Shown here piece after piece: positions 18,141-28,052 of a stretch of 32,000 nucleotides of DNA. Within the stretch, counting starts at the first letter, position 1. Every line of letters begins with the position of its first letter. The notes beneath the pieces were generated by a model. That model searched no databases. It saw only the letters and a program-made list of their open reading frames with translations, and was not told the DNA's origin. Made by a program: the position numbers and the translations under genes. The stretch comes from Xylella taiwanensis (GTDB taxonomy: Bacteria > Pseudomonadota > Gammaproteobacteria > Xanthomonadales > Xanthomonadaceae): contig NZ_CP053627.1 of the NCBI RefSeq assembly GCF_013177435.1, positions 2,700,001-2,732,000 of the forward strand, given 5' to 3'.

Positions 18141-19799
18141 TCAATCACGCGCGGCAGCGCTGGCATCGCGCCGCGCACGGAATTCGGAATCCTCGCTCCA
18201 GTTCGGCCAGTGCCGACCGTCATCCGTCAACACGCGACCCAATGCGTACAGCACGGCCACATCACGCGCCGCGCCAGCAAATGTCCAATCTGGCTGCCAC
18301 TCGTCACCCTGCTGGTGGTAACGCCGGGCCGTATAGTCATCTGAAGCCGCCTTGCCCGCCGTCAGACCACCGACCTCCCAATCCTGCCCAGCGGCGTATG
18401 AAATTGCAGGAACACCACGTTTAGCAAAAGAGAAATGATCCGAACGGAAAAAATGGCCCGCTTCCGGGTTTGGATCGGGGGTATAACGCAGCTTCCAGCG
18501 GGCAGCGACCTGCTCCAGCATATCCAGCAGATCCAGTTTGGCGGTGCCATAGATCCCAAAATCGCGGGACGGCCCCTGTGGATTCATCACGTCCATATTG
18601 ATCACGGCCACGGTCTTCTCCAGCGGATACAGCGGATTGGACGCGTAGTACTCCGAACCCAGTAATCCCTTCTCCTCAGCCGTCACGGCCAGAAACAACA
18701 CCGAACGCTGCGGCTGCGGCCCCTGAGCAAAGCCCCGCGCCAACTCCAGCAACGCCGCAGTGCCGCTGGCATTGTCCAGAGCACCGTTAAAGATGGTGTC
18801 ACCTTTGGCGTCCGGCGCACCCACACCGAGGTGATCCCAGTGGGCGCTATAGATCAACGTCTCATCAGGGTGCGCACTGCCCTTCAGCCGCGCCACCACG
18901 TTATGCGAGGTGATAACCTCAGACTTCACCCGATAATCGGCACTCAAGGTCTGTCCCTTTAACACCACTGGTTTGAAATCGCGTGACTGGGCTTTGATCT
19001 TCAGCGCTTGAAAATCAAGGCCAGCGTCTTTAAACATCTGCACGGCCACATCGTGTTGGATCCAGGCTTCCAGCTTGGGGTGGAGCGTATCCGGATGCTC
19101 GCGAACCACGTCGAACATGCTGTTGGTGTTGGAACTGGCCACCGTCGCCCAGCCATAAGAGGCCGGAGCCGTCTCGTGCACAATCAACGCACCTACCGCA
19201 CCTTGGCGCGCTGCCTCCTCGAACTTGTAAGTCCAACGGCCGTAATACGTCATGCCCTTGCCGTCAAAATCACCCTGGCCGGTTTCAAAGTCAGGATCAT
19301 TGATCAGCATCACCGCAATCTTGCCCTTCAAGTCCACCCCTTTGAAATCATCCCAATGGCGCTCCGGCGCCTGCACCCCATAACCGACAAACACCAGCGG
19401 CACTGCATGCAATGCAACCTCGGATGATCCATCCAAAGGGGCGCGTACGGCGATGTCCTGCCCCTGGCTCAGGGGACGGTGCTTGCCAGCATGACTGAGC
19501 AGTAACCGTGGGTGACCAATGATTTCAGTACGCCGCAGTGGTACCGCCTGAGTCCATAGGCGCTTGCCGTCGGCCTGAAGATCGCCGCCGGGCTGCAACC
19601 CAGCCGTAGCGAACTGTTCACTCAAGTAGGCAATGGTCCTCTGCTCCCCAATACTGGCTGGGGCGCGACCCTGAAACGCGTCCGAAGCCAATTGCTTCAC
19701 ATCCTGCGACATGCGCTTGCCCTTAAACACCGGCGCTGTCTGTGCGAACACCATCGCAGACACCGACCACACCAGCACAGCCACTGCGATCCGCTTCAT
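18141..19799 (-). CDS. Secreted M28-family zinc aminopeptidase with PA domain
   Basis: 552 aa. Signal peptide MKRIAVAVLVWSVSAMVFAQT. M28 metal and catalytic blocks are present: SAHWDHLG, NGALDNASG, AVTAEEKGLLGS, NMDV and FFRSDHFSFAKRGVPA. Confidence 0.88.
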   Translation of the reverse strand: MKRIAVAVLVWSVSAMVFAQTAPVFKGKRMSQDVKQLASDAFQGRAPASIGEQRTIAYLSEQFATAGLQPGGDLQADGKRLWTQAVPLRRTEIIGHPRLLLSHAGKHRPLSQGQDIAVRAPLDGSSEVALHAVPLVFVGYGVQAPERHWDDFKGVDLKGKIAVMLINDPDFETGQGDFDGKGMTYYGRWTYKFEEAARQGAVGALIVHETAPASYGWATVASSNTNSMFDVVREHPDTLHPKLEAWIQHDVAVQMFKDAGLDFQALKIKAQSRDFKPVVLKGQTLSADYRVKSEVITSHNVVARLKGSAHPDETLIYSAHWDHLGVGAPDAKGDTIFNGALDNASGTAALLELARGFAQGPQPQRSVLFLAVTAEEKGLLGSEYYASNPLYPLEKTVAVINMDVMNPQGPSRDFGIYGTAKLDLLDMLEQVAARWKLRYTPDPNPEAGHFFRSDHFSFAKRGVPAISYAAGQDWEVGGLTAGKAASDDYTARRYHQQGDEWQPDWTFAGAARDVAVLYALGRVLTDDGRHWPNWSEDSEFRARRDASAAARD

Positions 19800-19901
19800 T
19801 AAGTAATACCTCGTCCAACCTGAAAATAGTCATCCAGTGTAAAGCAGGGCCTATTCATCATGCGCGCCCCGGAAATACCGGCTTTCCCTAAGGGCACTTA
19901 A

Positions 19902-21479
19902 ATGATGTCGTTTATTAAACACCTCAGTAAGTTGGCACTTATCACTTGCTTATCGTTATGTTCCATACCGGCATTCAGCTACTCCATCAGTAATGGCAAG
20001 ATCGTCGATGACAACGGGAATCAAATACATTTAAACGGTCTCAGCTGGTTTGGTTTCGAGACCCAGAACCACGTGTTACACGGCCTGTGGACACGCAACT
20101 GGAAAGATGTAATCACGCAGATGCAGAATCTCGGATTCAACGCGGTGCGTCTGCCGTTCTGTCCGGCCAGTCTGAAAAGCAGCACTTCACCGAGCAGCAT
20201 TGATTACAGCCGCAATCAGGACTTGCAAGGCCTGAGTTCGATCGAAGTGCTGGACAAGGTCGTTAAAGAACTGAACGACCGCGGGATGTACGTGCTGCTG
20301 GACCACCATACGCCCGACTGCGCAGCAATTTCCGAGCTGTGGTACACGGATTCCTACAGCGAAACACAGTGGATTGATGACCTGCGCTTCCTGGCGCGCC
20401 GTTACAGCAAAATACCCGGCGTCATCGGCTTGGACGTGAAGAACGAACCACATGGCCGCGCCACCTGGGGCATTGGGGACCCCAAAACCGACTGGAACAC
20501 CGCTGTTGAACATGCGGCAGCAGCCATCTTGCAGGCTGCACCCAAATGGCTGATCGCGGTCGAGGGCATCGGAGAGAATCCTAGCTGCTCCAGCAACATC
20601 GGGCATTTTTGGGGCGAGAACCTGGAACCCCTAGACTGTACTCCGCTGAACATTCCGCGCGACCACGTGCTCTTGACGCCACACACCTACGGACCAGATG
20701 TGTACGGACAGCCATACTTCAATGCCCCCAATTTCCCGGCCAACATGGCAGCCATCTGGGAGAAGCACTGGGGGCATTTCGTGCAAGCCGGCTACGCGAT
20801 TGCGCTGGGTGAGTTCGGTGGCAAGTACGGTGAAGGTGATTCACGCGACGTAACCTGGCAAAACGCACTGGTGGACTATTTACGCGACAAAGGGATTACA
20901 GATGGCTTCTATTGGGCATTAAACGCGAACAGTGGCGACACCGGCGGCATCCTACGCGACGACTGGAGCAGCGTGCGTGACGACAAAGTTCGCCTACTGA
21001 GCAAACTGTGGGTTGCTAAGGGGGGCGGCAGCGTCCCGCATCCCAATCCAGGTCCCAACCCCAATCCAGGTCCCAACCCCAATCCAGGTCCCAACCCCAA
21101 TCCAGGTCCCAACCCCAATCCAGGTCCCAACCCTAATCCAGGTCCCAACCCCAATCCAGGTCCCAACCCCAATCCAGGCCCCAACCCCAATCCAGGCCCC
21201 AACCCTGATCCGAGCGGCAACATTTCTTTTCGTACCATCGTGGACACCGATTGGAAAACCGGTTACTGCGAGCGCGTCCAGGTAACGAATACCGGCAACA
21301 GCCCCAACACCTGGACTATCAATGTTCCGATCAAGGGCAAGATCCAGAAGCTCTGGAGCGCATATGGGTCACAGAGTGGTGCCACGCTCATCGCTTATGG
21401 TATGGACTGGAACAAGACGCTTGCACCCAGTGGAATGCCGAATGCAACGACCGAATTCGGCTTTTGTGGATCATATTGA
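19902..21479 (+). CDS. Secreted endo-1,4-beta-glucanase: GH5 catalytic domain, (PNPNPG)n linker, C-terminal CBM2
   Basis: 525 aa. Signal peptide MMSFIKHLSKLALITCLSLCSIPAFS. The GH5 signatures are intact: RLP, LLDHH, DVKNEPHG (acid/base Glu182, nt 20445-20447), FWGENL, PHTYGP, LGEFGG (nucleophile Glu304, nt 20811-20813) and FYWALNANSGDTGGIL. The C-terminal ~85 aa are CBM2-like (WKTGYCERVQVTNTG...W.I......I..LW...........Y....WN..L......EFGFCG). Confidence 0.92.
   Translation: MMSFIKHLSKLALITCLSLCSIPAFSYSISNGKIVDDNGNQIHLNGLSWFGFETQNHVLHGLWTRNWKDVITQMQNLGFNAVRLPFCPASLKSSTSPSSIDYSRNQDLQGLSSIEVLDKVVKELNDRGMYVLLDHHTPDCAAISELWYTDSYSETQWIDDLRFLARRYSKIPGVIGLDVKNEPHGRATWGIGDPKTDWNTAVEHAAAAILQAAPKWLIAVEGIGENPSCSSNIGHFWGENLEPLDCTPLNIPRDHVLLTPHTYGPDVYGQPYFNAPNFPANMAAIWEKHWGHFVQAGYAIALGEFGGKYGEGDSRDVTWQNALVDYLRDKGITDGFYWALNANSGDTGGILRDDWSSVRDDKVRLLSKLWVAKGGGSVPHPNPGPNPNPGPNPNPGPNPNPGPNPNPGPNPNPGPNPNPGPNPNPGPNPNPGPNPDPSGNISFRTIVDTDWKTGYCERVQVTNTGNSPNTWTINVPIKGKIQKLWSAYGSQSGATLIAYGMDWNKTLAPSGMPNATTEFGFCGSY
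21042..21211 (+). repeat. In-frame 18-bp tandem repeat, 9 copies plus a degenerate tenth, encoding the PNPNPG linker
   Basis: AATCCAGG recurs at 21045, 21063, 21081, 21099, 21117, 21135, 21153, 21171 and 21189, with an exact 18-nt period. Only three single-base differences separate the units (c>t near 21134, t>c at 21179 and 21197). Confidence 0.95.
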
Positions 21480-21492
21480 GGTGTTTTTCCCA

Positions 21493-21517
21493 CTCCGGCG
21501 GCACACCGCCGCCGGAG
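21493..21517 (+). terminator. GC-rich hairpin 14 nt downstream of the endoglucanase stop
   Basis: CTCCGGCGGC acacc GCCGCCGGAG forms a perfect 10-bp stem. No T-tract follows (a T5 run precedes it), so it is not a canonical intrinsic terminator. Confidence 0.35.
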
Positions 21518-21984
21518 CGGTTACAACGGCAGTACGCCGTGTCCAAAGAAACAACCATTGCGCACGATCAACGACGCCGCTGCCTTTCCGGCATGGCCGT
21601 GGGGATCGATGACGCGGATACAGACCGATAACACACTCCTGGCTCGCAACGCGAGCACCGTCGTGTTCGAACGACCAGACATCATCGGTATGAATCATGT
21701 GCCACCCGGTATTGCCGTCACCACGACACGCAACAGTGCATCGGGCCACGGCTGCACCGTGGTGATCCCCTGCAGTGCACACCCTGACATTGCACCCAAC
21801 CAACACTGTCCAAGGACATTCAGCCACTGTGCAACAACCCGGTGGAGCACTCTGCATCGGGGATCTACGCCCATCAATAGCCCCAGTAACGCTATGACTC
21901 AATCAATCCAGCATCCAAAACGCATTTGCGAAACACGCCGCGACCCCCTAGGCTCGGCAGTCGATCCTATTCACGGAACCATAC

Positions 21985-24852
21985 ATGCTGCGTCCGCTGC
22001 CTCTGCTCATCACCGGCATTCTCGGTCTCGGGATTGCCACCTTTCTGCCCCGGGTCGATGCGACACCTGGCACGCTGGTGACAGCCAGCAGCGCGATTCC
22101 AGACATCGCCTACGAACGTTTCACCCTGCCCAATGGGTTGACCGTGATCGTCCATGAGGACCACAAAGCGCCCGTGGTCGCCGTCAACGTTTGGTATCAC
22201 ATCGGCTCGGCCGACGAGCCTGCCGGGAAAACCGGCTTCGCACATCTGTTTGAGCACTTGATGTTCTCTGGTTCTGAAAATCACAAGGGCAGTTACTTTC
22301 AGCCGTTTGAGAAGGTCGGTGCAACCGACATGAATGGCACCACCTGGTTTGACCGTACCAATTACTTCCAGACTGTACCGACTACGGCGCTAGACATGGC
22401 GCTTTGGATGGAATCAGACCGCATGGGCCATCTGCTTGATGCGATCGGCCAGAAGGAACTGGATACACAGCGTGGCGTGGTCCAGAACGAAAAACGCCAA
22501 CGGGAGAACGTCCCCTACGGACGCGTGAACCAAAATATCCTGTCCAACCTCTTTCCAGCCAACCACCCGTATCAGCACAGCACGATCGGTTCGATGCAGG
22601 ACCTGGAGGCCGCTTCGCTGGCCGATGTGAAAACCTGGTTTCATACCCATTACGGCGCCGCCAATGCCACATTGGTATTAGCCGGCGACATCACGGTGGC
22701 CACAGCACGCACCAAAGCGGCACAGTATTTCGGTGACATCCCCGCCGGCCCGCCGGTGGCACGCCAGCAACCCTGGATCACCCCACTGCCGGCGCAGCAG
22801 CACCGTGTGCAATACGATCACGTATCGCAGCCACGTGTGTATCGCACCTGGATAGCGCCGGAACTGGGAAGCGATGCTGTGGTTCAACTCGACTTGGCCA
22901 CCACCATTCTCGGTGGCAGTAAAAGCTCCCGTCTGTATCAACGCCTGGTCTACCGGGACAAGCTGGCTGACGATGTATCAGCCGGTATTTCCCCATTCGC
23001 ACTGGCTAGTCAACTACAGATCAACGCCGATGTGAAACCTGGGATAGATCCGACCAAGGTCGAAGCGGCGATTGCCGACGAATTGAAGAGGTTTTTGGCC
23101 GACGGCCCAAGTGATGACGAATTGCAACGCGCTCAGATAAGCTACCGTGCCGACTTCGTGCGCGGCCTTGAAAAGGTCGGTGGTAAGGCAGCGCTCCTGG
23201 CCGAGGGACAGCTTTACCTCAAAGATCCCGGCGCCTACAAGCTCGATCTGCAACGTGCTGCACAAGCCACACCGGACAGCGTCAAACACGCAGCAGCAAC
23301 ATGGTTCAGCAAGGGCGACTACCTGTTGACCGTGCTGCCGGCGGGCCCTGACTTCGATCCAATCGCCGAAGACAGGGCGGTGGTCGCACGCGCTGCCGAA
23401 CCAGGCAAACCGGCAACCATGCTACCGTCCAAGGCTCATTACCACGTCACAGCGTCGCAGGTAGACCGCCGCACTGGCGTACCGGAAACAACTCAATTCC
23501 CACCGCTGAGCTTCCCTGCATTGCAGCGCAGCACGCTAAAAAACGGCATCGAAGTGATCCTGGCTGAACGGCACACCATCCCTGTCACCCAAATCCAGTT
23601 GCTCTTCGACGCTGGCTACGCCGCCGACCAGGACGGCAAGCCGGGTACGGCAAACTTCACCGCCACGTTAATGAACGAGAGCACCACATCGTTGGACTCG
23701 GTCGAAGTCTCGCAGCGGCGCCAGCGTCTAGGTGCCATGACCAGCATTTCCTGCAACCTCGACGCCTGTAATGCTTCACTTAATGCGCTCAACGATCAAC
23801 TCGCACCATCGCTGCACCTGTTCGCCGACCTGGTACGCAACCCGGCGTTCAAGGCCGCAGACATCGAACGGGTACGCGGCCAATGGCTGGCCTCAATCGC
23901 GCAAGAGAAGACCCAGCCACAGGGATTGGCACTACGCATCCTGCCACTGTTGTTATATGGAAAGCAGCATCCCTACGGCATGCCGCTGACCGGTAGCGGT
24001 ACTGAGGCAGCCATCCAAAGTCTAGCTGCCACAGACCTGAAGGATTTCCAGCAACGCTGGCTGCGCCCTGACAACGTGCGCATCCTGGTCGCCGGTAATA
24101 CCACGCTTGAAACCATCATCCCGCAGTTAGAAGCCGTCTTTGGTGACTGGCACGCCCCAGCCATGATCAAGGGTCACAAACAGATGACCCACGTGGCCGC
24201 ACAGCTCACGCCACATATATTCCTGATCCATCGGCCAGAAGCCCAGCAGTCATTGATTCTGACCGGCCTGCTCGCCCCCTCGACTAAGGATCCCGCCAAT
24301 CTCGAAATCAATGTGGCCAACGGCGCCTTCGGTGGCACCTTCAGCTCACGCCTGAACATGAATCTGCGCGAGGACAAACGTTGGGCTTATGGTGCCAGTA
24401 GTGTCCTCATCAACGCACAAGGCCAACGTCCTTACCTATTCCTGGCCCCGGTACAAACCGACAAAACGGCCGCATCCATCGCCGAGATACAGAAGGAAGC
24501 ACAGGCCGTGATCGGCAGCAGGCCCCTCACTCAAGCAGAAATCGACAAGATCAAGCATCAGCTCATCCGTGGCCTGCCGGGCAGTTATGAAACCACCGAT
24601 GCAGTTCTGGATGCGGTCGAAGGCATTGTCCAGTACGAACGCCCAGACAACTACGTACAAACACTCAAACCGCATCTGGAAGCCATTGATCAAGCCAGCG
24701 TGGAGCGCGCCATCAAGCGCATCGTCGATCCGAATGCGATGACCTGGGTCATCATCGGTGATCTCAGCAAAATCGAAGCGCCGGTCCGCGCTCTGCATCT
24801 GGGCGCTGTCCGCGTACTGGACAGCGAGGGCCATCCAGCCACACCGCATTGA
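21985..24852 (+). CDS. Secreted M16-family (pitrilysin/insulinase-like) zinc peptidase with two tandem M16 units
   Basis: 955 aa. Signal peptide MLRPLPLLITGILGLGIATFLPRVDA. It has the inverted zinc motif HLFEHLMFSGS (HxxEH) with downstream VVQNEKRQRE. The second half repeats the M16 fold without HxxEH. Confidence 0.9.
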   Translation: MLRPLPLLITGILGLGIATFLPRVDATPGTLVTASSAIPDIAYERFTLPNGLTVIVHEDHKAPVVAVNVWYHIGSADEPAGKTGFAHLFEHLMFSGSENHKGSYFQPFEKVGATDMNGTTWFDRTNYFQTVPTTALDMALWMESDRMGHLLDAIGQKELDTQRGVVQNEKRQRENVPYGRVNQNILSNLFPANHPYQHSTIGSMQDLEAASLADVKTWFHTHYGAANATLVLAGDITVATARTKAAQYFGDIPAGPPVARQQPWITPLPAQQHRVQYDHVSQPRVYRTWIAPELGSDAVVQLDLATTILGGSKSSRLYQRLVYRDKLADDVSAGISPFALASQLQINADVKPGIDPTKVEAAIADELKRFLADGPSDDELQRAQISYRADFVRGLEKVGGKAALLAEGQLYLKDPGAYKLDLQRAAQATPDSVKHAAATWFSKGDYLLTVLPAGPDFDPIAEDRAVVARAAEPGKPATMLPSKAHYHVTASQVDRRTGVPETTQFPPLSFPALQRSTLKNGIEVILAERHTIPVTQIQLLFDAGYAADQDGKPGTANFTATLMNESTTSLDSVEVSQRRQRLGAMTSISCNLDACNASLNALNDQLAPSLHLFADLVRNPAFKAADIERVRGQWLASIAQEKTQPQGLALRILPLLLYGKQHPYGMPLTGSGTEAAIQSLAATDLKDFQQRWLRPDNVRILVAGNTTLETIIPQLEAVFGDWHAPAMIKGHKQMTHVAAQLTPHIFLIHRPEAQQSLILTGLLAPSTKDPANLEINVANGAFGGTFSSRLNMNLREDKRWAYGASSVLINAQGQRPYLFLAPVQTDKTAASIAEIQKEAQAVIGSRPLTQAEIDKIKHQLIRGLPGSYETTDAVLDAVEGIVQYERPDNYVQTLKPHLEAIDQASVERAIKRIVDPNAMTWVIIGDLSKIEAPVRALHLGAVRVLDSEGHPATPH

Positions 24853-25467
24853 ATCTTGTTGTCGACGCTCCAGGACAGAAGCGTGCGTCAGCAAGGCAAA
24901 CGTGGGAAAGGGACGCATCGCACACACACCATGCTGGATCGTCCCTCACCCACCGCCAGCAGAATACGGTCAAAGGTTGCTCCAATAGACAAACATGCCT
25001 GACAACCTTGTTCGCTGCTGAACCAGATACTCCCCCCTACACATGCAACATGGGTATTGAATTAAACATTAAAGAACGTTGGTTGCCGCTGGGATACAGC
25101 ATGTGTGATCTGCCGACCCCATCTCCGCGAGAGTCGTGCGATGCGCATGGTCAAGATCGCACCCAATCACTCACGCTCTCCGCAACACAGTGACTGCACC
25201 AGGGAACAGTAGAACGCACCAAACAACTGCGTACCGCTGTCTTGGATCGCAATAGATAACCTTCACCATGACGGAATAACCACGATACACGCACTACGAC
25301 ATCGGCCTCTGGTCTGCGTCCTAGAGTGCGTTATCGCCTTGTATAAGGGCGTTGCTGAGTATCAATGGTGCAAACAGCCACATGCAGCTCTGCCAAAAAA
25401 GTCGTGCATGCTTACGTTATCACAGACCAGCCGCAAGGCATGGCTATTTTATCCGCAACTGTATTTG

Positions 25468-25505
25468 GCCATCCCGTCGGGATGGCAGCAACACGCGTGT
25501 TTTTT
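25468..25505 (+). terminator. Orphan hairpin followed by a T6 run inside the M16/DUF2076 spacer
   Basis: GCCATCCC gtc GGGATGGC (25468-25486), then the palindromic AACACGCGTGTT running into TTTTTT (25500-25505). It lies ~615 nt downstream of the M16 stop, with no supported ORF in between. Confidence 0.3.
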
Positions 25506-26013
25506 GCCTAGACATACGTGACTCATCACAGTGCCGTCCCTTTTCCCAGTACCTTCTCTGCTGGCATCCGGACGGTATCACCCGTGGTCGACGCGACTTC
25601 ACCTTGGCTCTATCCGGTCCGTCAAGTGCTGCACCAGTGACCGTATCTGGACACACACTCATCAGCCACAAGTAGCAATCATCTGCACGGCCAATCTAAA
25701 AACCCAACACGCCCTCTCATGAGCACCTGCACCCGCATCTTGCTCACCAAGGGTTGAGAACCTCAGGACATTGAGTAATCACTGTACCGGGTTGGCTTTG
25801 CGTGAGTGGGCGATGCGCAGGATCGAACGCAGCGGATTGACCATCACCTGGGACAAGACGGGATCCAATCAAATCAAGGCAGCCGATCGCCCATCCTACA
25901 TGATGCGAGTAAGCCCGTAGAGCGTCGTTGCGTGTATGTGTCCTACGAGATTAAAGCCGGGGAGGCTCATCAAACGACCGTACCAAGCCGACCAGCCATG
26001 CCTAAGGGATGGG

Positions 26014-26046
26014 AAAAAAGACTCACGGCACTTGACTTCATGAGCC
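26014..26046 (-). terminator. Weak intrinsic-terminator candidate downstream of the DUF2076 gene
   Basis: The minus-strand RNA reads GGCUCA, a 15-nt loop, UGAGUC (6 bp including one G-U pair), then UUUUUU. It lies ~80-110 nt after the stop at 26128. Confidence 0.3.
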
Positions 26047-26127
26047 TCCACCACTCACCACGTAGACATCTCCGCAAACGGCGGCATAGGGTGCGTGCGC
26101 ATCCACACACACCCATCAGTGCTGATC

Positions 26128-26790
26128 TCACACCCAAGTATCGTTGTCGAAATCCCCACCATCGTCAGCGAAACCGACGCTGCCATCGTCTTGTAACGAT
26201 GGATCGGTGTCGTAGTAGTTGTTGGTGACAACATTCTCAACGATGGTCTCTTGTGGTGCGTTATTGGCATTACCGAAGAGCCCCCCGCCTTGGTGCCCCC
26301 CGAACAAATGCTCCAGGCCCTGAAACAAGAACATGCCGCCAGCGACACCCGCCGCAGTACTGGCGGCAGTGCCGAGGAAGCTACCTGCACCCGAGGGCGC
26401 CGCTTGCTGTACTGGCGCCGCTTGCTGTACTGGCGCTGGACTGCTGCCAAACAGACGCTCACGCCAGCTTGGATGTGCTGGCGGCGGGGATACTGGCGGC
26501 GGCGGTGCCGTCTGCTGAGCGCCCCAGCCAGTTTGACCGAGGAAACTGCTATTACCAGAACCAGCCTCGTGTCCAGTAGCGGCTTGCTGAAGCTGTGCAA
26601 TCTGGGTTTGCGCCGACGTTAGCGCTTGTTCAAGTAATAACGCACGTTGCACCAGGAGATAGGCCGCATCAGGATGACCAGCGAGGCGGTCGGAGATTAA
26701 CGCTTCGGCTTGAGGGTCTTTCACAACTCCTCCAGCGCCGCGCAATCGCGTCAAAAAATCGTCGAGAAGCTTTTGTTCATATGGATTCAT
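26128..26790 (-). CDS. DUF2076-like protein: helical N-terminal domain, Pro/Ala/Gln-rich linker, Gly-rich hydrophobic C-terminal segment
   Basis: MNPYEQKLLDDFLTRLRGAGGVVKDPQAEALISDRLAGHPDAAYLLVQRALLLEQAL... and SFLGTAASTAAGVAGGMFLFQGLEHLFGG match my recollection of the DUF2076 (PF09849) architecture. The start could be ATG 26790 or ATG 26808. Confidence 0.65.
   Translation of the reverse strand: MNPYEQKLLDDFLTRLRGAGGVVKDPQAEALISDRLAGHPDAAYLLVQRALLLEQALTSAQTQIAQLQQAATGHEAGSGNSSFLGQTGWGAQQTAPPPPVSPPPAHPSWRERLFGSSPAPVQQAAPVQQAAPSGAGSFLGTAASTAAGVAGGMFLFQGLEHLFGGHQGGGLFGNANNAPQETIVENVVTNNYYDTDPSLQDDGSVGFADDGGDFDNDTWV
26397..26432. repeat. Exact 18-bp tandem duplication inside the DUF2076 linker
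   Basis: GCGCCGCTTGCTGTACTG occurs twice on the + strand and encodes PVQQAA PVQQAA on the minus strand. Confidence 0.9.
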
Positions 26791-27119
26791 ATCATTCACC
26801 GGAAACATGAGCCGACCTTGTGACGGCATTAGACACCATACAACATGGGAACGCTTCAGCCGAGCAGAATTCTTTCAGCTCATACAGGTACATCATCTAT
26901 TCATCCTTGGCGTGATGGTGTCAGAGCGCACTGCAACCATAGGCCGCGGAACTCCACCCACAACGCAACACCTGAGGATCACGGGCCCAATGCGGTGATG
27001 TCGCTACTGACCATGTGCCGTGAGCACGCCGTAGGCCTCAAGGACATCACCTATCCACCCTCATCTGGCTTGGGTACGATCCCAGCCTGCTCTTTTGCCA
27101 GCCACGCAGGCCGCCTTAC

Positions 27120-27968
27120 ATGCATATGCCCCACTACACCGGCCCGTTGCTGACTCGCACCATGAGTGACGCACTGCAAGAGGCACGGAGCCGCGGTGCG
27201 GCCACATGGTCAGGCTCATTTGACCTGGAACGCACGCATGCGCAGGTGCGGATCGATACCGATGCCTGGCATTTAGAGACGCAGTCCTATCCGTATCCAA
27301 GCCAACTGAAGGAACGCACGCTTTACTACTGGGACGGTGACGACTTCGCGGCGATCTCGCGCTTCAGCGGCTCACTGATCAAGCTGGTCCCTACTCCGTG
27401 GGGGGCACCCACTTTCGAGATTGATGGCATCAAGATGCTACCGTCGATGCGAGTGTCTCCTTTCGAGGACGCGCGACGCAAAGTGGCTCTGGTCATGCCA
27501 CAAGGCAAGATGGTGCTGGACACCTGCGGCGGACTCGGCTATTTCGCAGCCTGCTGTCTGGAAGCCGGCGCTATTCACATCCGCTCGTTTGAAAAGAATC
27601 CTGATGTTCTGTGGCTGCGCACACTCAACCCCTGGTCTCCAGACCCGGAGGTGGCACACGTCAGCAAGCACCTTCAGTTGGTCCGTGGGGATATCGCGGA
27701 AGCCATCAAGGATTTGCCGGATGCCAGTTTCGGCGCCATTCTGCACGATCCTCCGCGCTTCAGTATTGCCGGGGAGTTATACGCACTACGCTTTTACGAT
27801 CAGTTGGCACGGGTACTGCGCCGTGGCGGACATCTGTTCCACTACACCGGCACACCAAATCAGCTGAGTCATGGCCGTGATGTGCCGCGCGAAGTCGCAC
27901 GACGATTGGAGAAAGCCGGTTTTCGAAGCACGCTGACACTGGATGGAGTGATCGCACAACGCCGCTAA
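27120..27968 (+). CDS. Class I SAM-dependent methyltransferase (RsmD / N6-methylase-like DPPR motif); substrate unknown
   Basis: Motif I is MVLDTCGGLGYFAACCLEAGA and motif IV is AILHDPPRFS, followed by RVLRRGGHLFHY. The start is uncertain (ATG 27120, 27126 or 27162) and no clear SD is present. Confidence 0.75.
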   Translation: MHMPHYTGPLLTRTMSDALQEARSRGAATWSGSFDLERTHAQVRIDTDAWHLETQSYPYPSQLKERTLYYWDGDDFAAISRFSGSLIKLVPTPWGAPTFEIDGIKMLPSMRVSPFEDARRKVALVMPQGKMVLDTCGGLGYFAACCLEAGAIHIRSFEKNPDVLWLRTLNPWSPDPEVAHVSKHLQLVRGDIAEAIKDLPDASFGAILHDPPRFSIAGELYALRFYDQLARVLRRGGHLFHYTGTPNQLSHGRDVPREVARRLEKAGFRSTLTLDGVIAQRR

Positions 27969-28052
27969 CAGCCATACATCGGACACTGAAGACGCGCATG
28001 CCGATTCACACCACGTGTGCAGGCAGATGAGGAATATCTAGTTAGTGAGTAG

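Noticed and set aside
21042-21211. Regular short repeats that could be mistaken for a CRISPR array
   Set aside because: The 18-bp units are directly contiguous with no spacers, lie in frame inside a well-supported CDS, and there are no cas genes.
20909-21247. 112-aa minus-strand ORF made of GLGPGL repeats
   Set aside because: It is the antisense shadow of the in-frame PNPNPG linker repeat of the GH5-CBM2 gene. It has no independent start context.
25805-25835. tRNA-like fragment; on the minus strand it reads ...GCTGCGTTCGATCCTGCGCATCGCCCAC, resembling a T-loop plus acceptor 3' end
   Set aside because: The flanks of the TTCGATC loop are identical (CTGCG/CTGCG) and not complementary, so no T-arm can form. 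No D or anticodon arm can be built and there is no CCA. At most it is a decayed att-like relic, which I cannot support.
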